Source: Candidatus Latescibacterota bacterium
Lineage (GTDB): Bacteria; Latescibacterota; UBA2968; GCA-2709665
Assembly: GCA_965116875.1 (NCBI GenBank)
Contig: OZ220733.1
Coordinates: forward strand, 4,928,001 to 4,992,000
Reading direction: 5' to 3'
Length of the DNA: 64,000 bases
This document shows positions 57,409 to 64,000 of this stretch, piece after piece; position 1 is the stretch's first letter, and each line of letters starts with the position of its first letter. Made by a program: the position numbers and the translations under genes. Below the pieces are notes generated by a model, which did no database searches, was not told the origin of the DNA, and saw only the letters and a list, made by a program, of their open reading frames with translations.

Positions 57409-58345
57409 TGGGCGCCCCCTCTCCCGTGAGATTCCTGAATACGTCCTCCAGCTGAACTCGAGCCTGGCTCATTTCCAGAATCACCCATCCATGGTCTCTG
57501 GCATAATGGAAAATACGTTCCCTGGGATCGGTGTCGCGATCGTATTCCAGGACGAGAGTCCGGGATCCGTTGTTCTCGGCCACATCTGAAAGCGAGACCC
57601 CCTGCAACTGTTCCGGCAGACCCTGCACGGTCTCCTCTTCCGCCCTTTTGACTTCGAGCGTCAACTGCGTCTGTCCCCTGAAGCTGGACATCAGTTCCTC
57701 GCGAAGTCCGTCCGCTACGATTTCCCCGTTGTGAATGATGATGATGCGGTCCACGGTCGCTTCGATTTCCTGCAGGATGTGGCTTGACATGATCAGCGTC
57801 TTCTCGCGCCCGAGCGAACGAATCAACTCGCGGATTTCCACAATCTGGTTGGGATCCAGCCCGGTCACGGGTTCATCCAGAATCAGGATATCCGGATCGT
57901 GCAGCATCGCCGTTGCCAGACCGATTCGCTGCTTGTACCCCTTTGAACATTCCTGCACGGCTCTGTGAACAACGCCCGCAAGCCCGCATTGCTCGACGAC
58001 GCGCTCCAGCGCCTGCCGGAAGGCCCGGCCTTCCATGCGCCGGATCGTTGCAATAAACGAAAGCAGGTCGTAAACGATCATCTCGCCGTAGAGCGGATTC
58101 AATTCAGGCAGATATCCCACGCGTCTGCGGATCTCCAGTGAATCGTCCACGATGTTCATGTCGTCCACGAAAACGTTGCCGGCGGTTGCCGACAGAAACC
58201 CCGTCATCACCTTCAGCGTCGTTGACTTGCCGGCCCCGTTCTCGCCCAGGAATCCCAGAATCTCGCCATCATTGACCTGGAAGCTGATGTCCCGAACGGC
58301 CCGGACGTCACCGTAGTTCTTGACCAGGTTCTCCACCCGGATCAT
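57401..58345 (-). CDS. GldA-like ABC ATP-binding protein
   Basis: GENGAGKST, SKGYKQR, LILDEPVTGLDPNQ, SSH. Confidence 0.93.
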   Translation of the reverse strand: MIRVENLVKNYGDVRAVRDISFQVNDGEILGFLGENGAGKSTTLKVMTGFLSATAGNVFVDDMNIVDDSLEIRRRVGYLPELNPLYGEMIVYDLLSFIATIRRMEGRAFRQALERVVEQCGLAGVVHRAVQECSKGYKQRIGLATAMLHDPDILILDEPVTGLDPNQIVEIRELIRSLGREKTLIMSSHILQEIEATVDRIIIIHNGEIVADGLREELMSSFRGQTQLTLEVKRAEEETVQGLPEQLQGVSLSDVAENNGSRTLVLEYDRDTDPRERIFHYARDHGWVILEMSQARVQLEDVFRNLTGEGAPNA

Positions 58346-58563
58346 GTACGATCCTCCTTCACACCATGGTACCGGAAAACATCTTTCGCATTTGAATTCG
58401 ACCGGAAAATTAATAAAAAAAGTCGAACCGTGTCAAGCCCCCGGTCGGAAAAAACGCACATGCGCCCGCCCTCCGCGCCTTGGGCGAAAGGCCCGGTACG
58501 GAGCCTCTACCGCCGGCCGAACTGAAAGCGTAACATGGAAATGATGAGATTGCCTGATTTTGC

Positions 58564-58592
58564 TTGACACGCCCTTACAAATCCTGTAACAT
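58564..58592 (+). promoter_or_regulatory. Putative sigma70 promoter for the ilvN-leu operon
   Basis: TTGACA-17 bp-TAACAT. Confidence 0.65.
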
Positions 58593-58640
58593 TCGTATTT
58601 TAAGATCAGGATTGTCGAATCCGGATTGGAGAGTGCGACG

Positions 58641-58799
58641 ATGACTCCATACGCTTCACCCTGCGCGCCGGTTCCCTCCGGCGCCTGCCCCTTCCCGGTA
58701 CCGCGTCCTTCCACGGCTCAAGGCGTCGCACGTACGCGAATTCTCATTCTCCCCGCATCCTCAAGCCTCTTACTGTCCGCCATCCTTCCGGACAATTGA
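58641..58799 (+). promoter_or_regulatory. Putative Leu/Ile-rich leader peptide (52 aa) and attenuator of the ilvN-leu operon
   Basis: GGAG SD; the peptide ends [19 protein letters not shown]; alternative pairing segments lie downstream. Confidence 0.55.
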
Positions 58800-58927
58800 A
58801 CGTACACAAGAGGCTCTCTACCACGTCGAATCCCCTGAAAAGTTCAGAAACCGCAGATCCCGGAACGAGCCTCTCGGGCAATCGCCAGGTTACTGCCCTG
58901 TCAAATGCTGGCCAAGAGGACGTGAAA

Positions 58928-59440
58928 ATGCCAACAAGACACACCATTTCCGCATTGGTCGAGAACCACTTCGGCGTTCTTTGCCGCATCTCGGGCCTGT
59001 TTTCCAGCCGGGGGTTCAACATCGACAGCCTGTCCGTCGGAGAAACCGAAGATCCAACCGTTTCCCGAATGACCATCGTCGTGAGGGGTGACGACCGCGT
59101 GCTGGAGCAGGTGGTCAAACAGCTCAATCGGCTGGTGGACGTCATCAGGGTCATCGACATCACACAGGGTGAATTCGTCGAACGCGAACTGGCGCTCATT
59201 AACGTAAAGACCCGCATCGATACACGTTCAGAGATCATTCAGATTGCGGAGATCTTCAGAGCGGGCGTCGTGGATGTCAGCACCAACTCGATGACGATTG
59301 AAGTCACCGGAAAAGAAGACAAAATTGCGGCGATGATCAACATGCTTCGGGATTACGGAATCAACGAAATCGCGAGGACCGGCACGGTCGCGCTTCTGCG
59401 CGACTCCCAGATGAAGCAGGATGCCGGGGGTGGGGAATAA
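58928..59440 (+). CDS. ilvN: Acetolactate synthase small regulatory subunit
   Basis: [43 protein letters not shown]. Confidence 0.96.
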   Translation: MPTRHTISALVENHFGVLCRISGLFSSRGFNIDSLSVGETEDPTVSRMTIVVRGDDRVLEQVVKQLNRLVDVIRVIDITQGEFVERELALINVKTRIDTRSEIIQIAEIFRAGVVDVSTNSMTIEVTGKEDKIAAMINMLRDYGINEIARTGTVALLRDSQMKQDAGGGE

Positions 59441-59475
59441 CACGGCGCACCGGACGAAGGAGGCGACAGAACCCC

Positions 59476-61020
59476 ATGGATAATCGAGACCGAGTCTTCA
59501 TCTTCGACACCACGTTGCGCGACGCCGAGCAGACGCCAGGCGCGAAACTTTCCGTTCGGGAGAAGATCGAAATCGCGCAGCAGCTCGGCAAGCTGAAGGT
59601 CGACGTCATCGAAGCCGGCTTCCCCATCTCGTCTGACGAGGACTTCGAGGCGGTCCGACGAATTGGACAGGAAGTCGAGGGTCCGACCGTTTGCGGTCTT
59701 TCCAGAGCCGTAATGAAGGACATCGACCGGGCCGGCGAAGCGCTCAGCGGCGCGGTCAGACCCAGAATCCACACCTTCATCGGCACCTCGCCCCACCACA
59801 TCGCCATGATCGGAAAGTCCCCTGACGAAGTCCTCGGAATGGCCGTGGATGCCGTCAGAAGGGCCCGGGTCTACGTCGATGACGTGGAATTCTCTCCGAT
59901 GGACGCCGCCCGAACGGAACCCGACTATCTTTACGCTGTCATCGAGGCTGCAATCGAGGCCGGCGCCTCCACAGTCAATATCCCCGATACCGTGGGCTAT
60001 GCCGTGCCCGAACAGTTCGGCGGCCTGATTCGCAAGATTCGTGAAAACGTCCCGAATATCAACCGGGCCGTTATCAGCGTTCATTGTCACGATGACCTCG
60101 GCATGGCGGTCATCAACAGCCTCACCGCGATCCTCAACGGCGCCCGGCAGGCGGAATGTACCGTAAACGGTCTGGGAGAACGCGCCGGTAACGCCTCGCT
60201 GGAGGAAATCGTGATGGCGATCCGCACCCGGGGCGACTACTACGAACTTTATACGGAAATCGATTCACGGGAAATCTGTCCGACAAGCCGGCTCGTCAGC
60301 CGCCTGATGGGAATTCCGGTCGCCCCAAACAAGGCAATCGTTGGCGCCAACGCCTTCGCCCACAGTTCCGGGATCCACCAGGACGGCGTCCTCAAGAACC
60401 GGGCGAATTTTGAAATCATCGATCCGAAAGACGTGGGTCTGGAAGCCACCAGCATCGTGCTCACGGCAAGATCGGGGCGGCACGCCCTTCGGCACCGCCT
60501 GGAAGAACTGGGATATCACCTGGACCAGAATGACCTGAACAAGGCGTACGAGCGGTTTCTGAAAGTGGCGGACAAGAAAAAGGAAGTGTACGATGAAGAC
60601 CTGATGGCCATCGTCGAGGACGAGATCCGGGACATTCCGGAGAAGTTCCAACTCTTGTACATGCACACCACGAGCGGCACCGGCACCATTCCGTCGGCCA
60701 CCGTGAGGATCAGCGTCGACGGCGAAAGCGAAATCCAGGAGTCCGCGTGGGGCGACGGTCCGGTGGACGCCACGTACAAGGCCATCGCGAAGGCCACCGA
60801 GACGGACGTCCAGGTCGACGAATGCCACATCCGTTCCGTCACGCACGGCGCCGAAGCGATGGGTGAAGTCACCGTCAAGGTCAGTAAGAATGGTGACGGC
60901 GCCACCGGAAGGGCCGCATCCACGGACATCATCCAGGCCAGTGCGAAAGCGTACATCGATGCCCTGAACCACCTGGCCCTGCGCGCGGGCGTGCGGCGAC
61001 ATCGAACAGAAGCGGTATAG
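59476..61020 (+). CDS. leuA: 2-isopropylmalate synthase
   Basis: [35 protein letters not shown]-terminal regulatory domain GDGPVDA. Confidence 0.96.
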   Translation: MDNRDRVFIFDTTLRDAEQTPGAKLSVREKIEIAQQLGKLKVDVIEAGFPISSDEDFEAVRRIGQEVEGPTVCGLSRAVMKDIDRAGEALSGAVRPRIHTFIGTSPHHIAMIGKSPDEVLGMAVDAVRRARVYVDDVEFSPMDAARTEPDYLYAVIEAAIEAGASTVNIPDTVGYAVPEQFGGLIRKIRENVPNINRAVISVHCHDDLGMAVINSLTAILNGARQAECTVNGLGERAGNASLEEIVMAIRTRGDYYELYTEIDSREICPTSRLVSRLMGIPVAPNKAIVGANAFAHSSGIHQDGVLKNRANFEIIDPKDVGLEATSIVLTARSGRHALRHRLEELGYHLDQNDLNKAYERFLKVADKKKEVYDEDLMAIVEDEIRDIPEKFQLLYMHTTSGTGTIPSATVRISVDGESEIQESAWGDGPVDATYKAIAKATETDVQVDECHIRSVTHGAEAMGEVTVKVSKNGDGATGRAASTDIIQASAKAYIDALNHLALRAGVRRHRTEAV

Positions 61021-61079
61021 GATCCTTCATTCGGACGAACCGACGTCCGAAACGCAAAACACGGAGGTTGACACCACTC

Positions 61080-62483
61080 ATGGGAAAGAGTCTGTTTTAC
61101 AAGGTGTGGGACGCCCACGCCGTTCGCGAGCTTCCGTCGGGGCAGACCCAACTCTTTATCGGACTGCATCTCATTCATGAGGTTACCAGCCCCCAGGCGT
61201 TTCAGATGATGCGCGAACGCGGCCTCAAGGTCGCATATCCGGAACGCACCTATGCCACGGTAGACCACATTGTCCCCACCGATATACGCACCCGTCCACT
61301 GATGGACGCCATGGCCGAGGAGATGCTCGGCGCGATCGAGGATAACACGCGGGAGTTCGATATCCCGCTGTTCAACCTTCACGATGACCGACAGGGCATC
61401 GTACATATCATCGGACCGGAACTTGGACTCACGCAGCCCGGCATGACCATCGCCTGCGGTGACAGTCACACGTCGACGCACGGAGCATTCGGCGCCATCG
61501 CCTTCGGCATCGGGACGTCCCAGGTGCGGGACGTTCTGGCCACCCAGTGCCTCGCCCTGCACCCGCTCAGGGTCCGGCGAATCGAGGTGACCGGCAGCCT
61601 CTCCAGAGGCGTTTTCGCGAAAGACGTCATACTCAACATCATCCGTCGTCTCGGCGTCAAGGGGGGCGTCGGTTACGCTTATGAATACGGCGGGCCGGTC
61701 GTAGACGGATTGAGTATGGAAGAACGCATGTCCATCTGCAATATGTCCATTGAAGGCGGGGCGCGCGCGGGATACGTCAATCCGGACCAGACCACGTTCG
61801 ACTATCTCCGGGGCCGGGCGCACTCGCCCTCCGGTGGCGGGTTCGAACGGGCCGTGGACTGGTGGAAGTCCATGGCCTCGGATTCCGATGCCCACTACGA
61901 CGATGTTTTCGAGCTGGACGGGTCCGGGATCGAGCCGACCGTTACGTGGGGCATTACCCCCGGCCAGGGCGTTTACGTGTCCGAAAAAATCCCTTCGCTG
62001 CGGGATCTTCGCGAAGACGAACGGGACGTCGCCGCCGAAGCCTACGAATACATGGACCTGGACGCCGGTAGCCCGATCGCCGGCACGCCCATTGACGTCG
62101 CGTTCATCGGATCCTGCACCAACGGCCGGATTTCCGACCTCCGGGAAGCCGCCGGCGTCGTGAAGGGAAACCGGGTGTCGGGCAGCGTCAAAGCCCTTGT
62201 GGTACCGGGTTCCGCGGCGGTACGCCGAGACGCGGAAGCCGAAGGCCTGCATGAAATCTTCCGCGAAGCAGGGTTCGAGTGGAGAGACGCCGGCTGTTCC
62301 ATGTGTCTGGCCATGAACCCGGACAAGCTGCAGCACCGCCAGATATGCGCTTCCTCCAGCAACCGGAATTTCAAGGGCCGCCAGGGCAGCCCCACCGGCC
62401 GGACCCTTCTGATGAGTCCCGCGATGGTCGCCGCTGCGGCCGTTTCAGGTGAAGTGACGGACGTACGCGCCATGCTCACGTGA
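61080..62483 (+). CDS. leuC: 3-isopropylmalate dehydratase large subunit
   Basis: [36 protein letters not shown]. Confidence 0.97.
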   Translation: MGKSLFYKVWDAHAVRELPSGQTQLFIGLHLIHEVTSPQAFQMMRERGLKVAYPERTYATVDHIVPTDIRTRPLMDAMAEEMLGAIEDNTREFDIPLFNLHDDRQGIVHIIGPELGLTQPGMTIACGDSHTSTHGAFGAIAFGIGTSQVRDVLATQCLALHPLRVRRIEVTGSLSRGVFAKDVILNIIRRLGVKGGVGYAYEYGGPVVDGLSMEERMSICNMSIEGGARAGYVNPDQTTFDYLRGRAHSPSGGGFERAVDWWKSMASDSDAHYDDVFELDGSGIEPTVTWGITPGQGVYVSEKIPSLRDLREDERDVAAEAYEYMDLDAGSPIAGTPIDVAFIGSCTNGRISDLREAAGVVKGNRVSGSVKALVVPGSAAVRRDAEAEGLHEIFREAGFEWRDAGCSMCLAMNPDKLQHRQICASSSNRNFKGRQGSPTGRTLLMSPAMVAAAAVSGEVTDVRAMLT

Positions 62484-62495
62484 AAGGACCTGTTG

Positions 62496-63092
62496 ATGAA
62501 CGGTACATCCTCCTCGGTGACCCGCGCGGAAGGTCGAGGTATTCCATTGCGGGGCAACGACATCGATACAGACCGCATCATCCCGGCGAGGTATCTGCGC
62601 AACATCACTTTCGAGGGACTGGGGGAATTCGCGTTCGAAGACGACCGGAAGTCCACGGACCACGCCTTCGACGACGACCGGTACCGCGGGGCTTCAATTC
62701 TGGTGGTGAACGCCAACTTCGGATGCGGTTCTTCCCGGGAGCACGCGCCGCAGGCGATTATGCGGTGGGGCATCGGAGCAATCGTCGGCGAGTCGTTCGC
62801 GGAGATATTCCAGGGAAATTGCACGGCAATGGGCCTGCCCTGCGTCACCGCGCCGGCGGGGAGCATTCAGACGCTGATGGATGCCGTTGAATCCGAGCCG
62901 GAAAGCGAAATAACCGTCGACCTGGAATCGAGGACGCTGTCATGCGGAGAACTCGGGTTCGATGTGCGGATCCCCGACGGCGACCGGATTCAACTCCTGG
63001 AAGGGACGTGGGACGCCACAGGGATGCTTCTGGAAGGTCGTGAAACCGTTCGGACCGTCGCACGAAAACTCCCTTATATCTCAGGATTCTAA
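62496..63092 (+). CDS. leuD: 3-isopropylmalate dehydratase small subunit
   Basis: DIDTDRIIPARYL, NFGCGSSREHA, SFAEIF..N. Confidence 0.97.
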   Translation: MNGTSSSVTRAEGRGIPLRGNDIDTDRIIPARYLRNITFEGLGEFAFEDDRKSTDHAFDDDRYRGASILVVNANFGCGSSREHAPQAIMRWGIGAIVGESFAEIFQGNCTAMGLPCVTAPAGSIQTLMDAVESEPESEITVDLESRTLSCGELGFDVRIPDGDRIQLLEGTWDATGMLLEGRETVRTVARKLPYISGF

Positions 63093-63109
63093 CCCATTGG
63101 AGGAAGCCT

Positions 63110-64000
63110 TTGTCCTATAAGATCGCAGTCATCCCCGGCGACGGTACGGGTCCGGAAGTTGTGGTGGAAGGCCTGAAATGCATCAACGCAACCGCCGGGA
63201 AATGCGGTTTCGACTTTGAGACCGAGACCTTTGACTTTGGCGGCGAGCGCTATCTCAGAACCGGTGAAACCCTGCCTGACTCCGCCCTTGAAGAGCTGCG
63301 TGGCTTCGACGCCATCTACCTGGGTGCCATTGGCCATCCGGACGTGCGCCCCGGGATCCTGGAGAAGGGTATCCTCCTCAGAACCCGTTTTGAGCTGGAT
63401 CAGTACATCAACCTGCGTCCGGTCAAACTCTATCCCAACGTGGACTGCCCCTTAAAGGACAAGGGACCCGCCGACGTCGATTTTGTCGTCGTGCGGGAAA
63501 ACACCGAGGGCCTCTATTCCGGTGCGGGTGGATTCCTCAAGAAGGGCACCCCCGACGAAGTCGCCGTCCAGGAATCCGTCAACACACGAAAGGGCGTGGA
63601 GCGCTGCCTCAGGTACGCCTTCGAATACACGCGAAGACGCAGCAGGGACAACACCCTCACCCTTTGCGGCAAGACCAACGTGCTCACCTACGCCTTCGAC
63701 CTGTGGGAGCGAACGTTCAACGAAATCGGCGATGCCGAGTATTCCGATGTCAATCGGGACTACGCCCATGTTGACGCCATCACAATGTGGATGGTAAAAA
63801 ACCCTGAGTGGTTCGACGTTATCGTCACCGATAACATGTTTGGCGATATCATCACCGACCTGGGCGCCATGATTCAGGGCGGAATGGGTGTTGCGGCGGG
63901 CGGCAACATCAACCCCGAGGGCGTTTCCATGTTCGAACCCATCGGCGGATCGGCTCCCAAGTATACCGGAATGGGCGTCATCAATCCCGTTGCAGGTATC
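63110..64000 (+). CDS. leuB: 3-isopropylmalate dehydrogenase (3' truncated; absent from the ORF track)
   Basis: TTG start after GGAGG; manual translation gives [53 protein letters not shown]. Confidence 0.93.
   Translation, partial: MSYKIAVIPGDGTGPEVVVEGLKCINATAGKCGFDFETETFDFGGERYLRTGETLPDSALEELRGFDAIYLGAIGHPDVRPGILEKGILLRTRFELDQYINLRPVKLYPNVDCPLKDKGPADVDFVVVRENTEGLYSGAGGFLKKGTPDEVAVQESVNTRKGVERCLRYAFEYTRRRSRDNTLTLCGKTNVLTYAFDLWERTFNEIGDAEYSDVNRDYAHVDAITMWMVKNPEWFDVIVTDNMFGDIITDLGAMIQGGMGVAAGGNINPEGVSMFEPIGGSAPKYTGMGVINPVAGI

Noticed and set aside
54495-58345. Gliding motility or type IX secretion inferred from the GldAFG-like genes
   Set aside because: This ABC type is widespread in non-gliding bacteria and no gldK-N or sprA is in the window
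60516-62336. Long antisense ORFs (606 aa here; also 52102..53421 and 24506..25693)
   Set aside because: Shadows of well-supported genes on the opposite strand, expected in GC-rich DNA

Overview
GC-rich bacterial chromosomal segment. The porX-tsaE linkage, long three-domain IspG and GldAFG-like ABC transporter suggest an FCB-related lineage such as Latescibacterota or Gemmatimonadota; this is inference only. From left to right it carries: the end of a surface-polysaccharide locus (gmd, CysE-like acyltransferase, GT4, flippase, GT2); an OGG glycosylase; an ABC transporter plus DUF1854 pair; a Rieske-helical protein; an orphan RND pump with queC; a KamA radical SAM; UPF0182-murQ; a ClpX-like ATPase divergent from rqcH; kinase-porX-tsaE-yjbH; rpsU-cvpA-mutS2; ispG-dnaG-tRNA(CAT). 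Next comes a small, AT-richer, decaying defence-like island (Cas4-like nuclease, deleted helicase, ABC-ATPase plus DUF4276), then serpin, ankyrin and lipoprotein genes, HU and a cN-III-like nucleotidase. The right end holds a transglutaminase/DegT cluster, a GldAFG-like ABC operon and ilvN-leuACDB. Highlights: (1) an ECF sigma factor fused to domains II-III of a DnaN beta-clamp; (2) a 162-bp MITE-like element in two copies plus a collapsed 22-bp version, all 17-18 bp upstream of start codons; (3) two unannotated leader-peptide attenuator-like elements, one with no downstream gene. All assignments come from motif recognition by eye; no searches were run.
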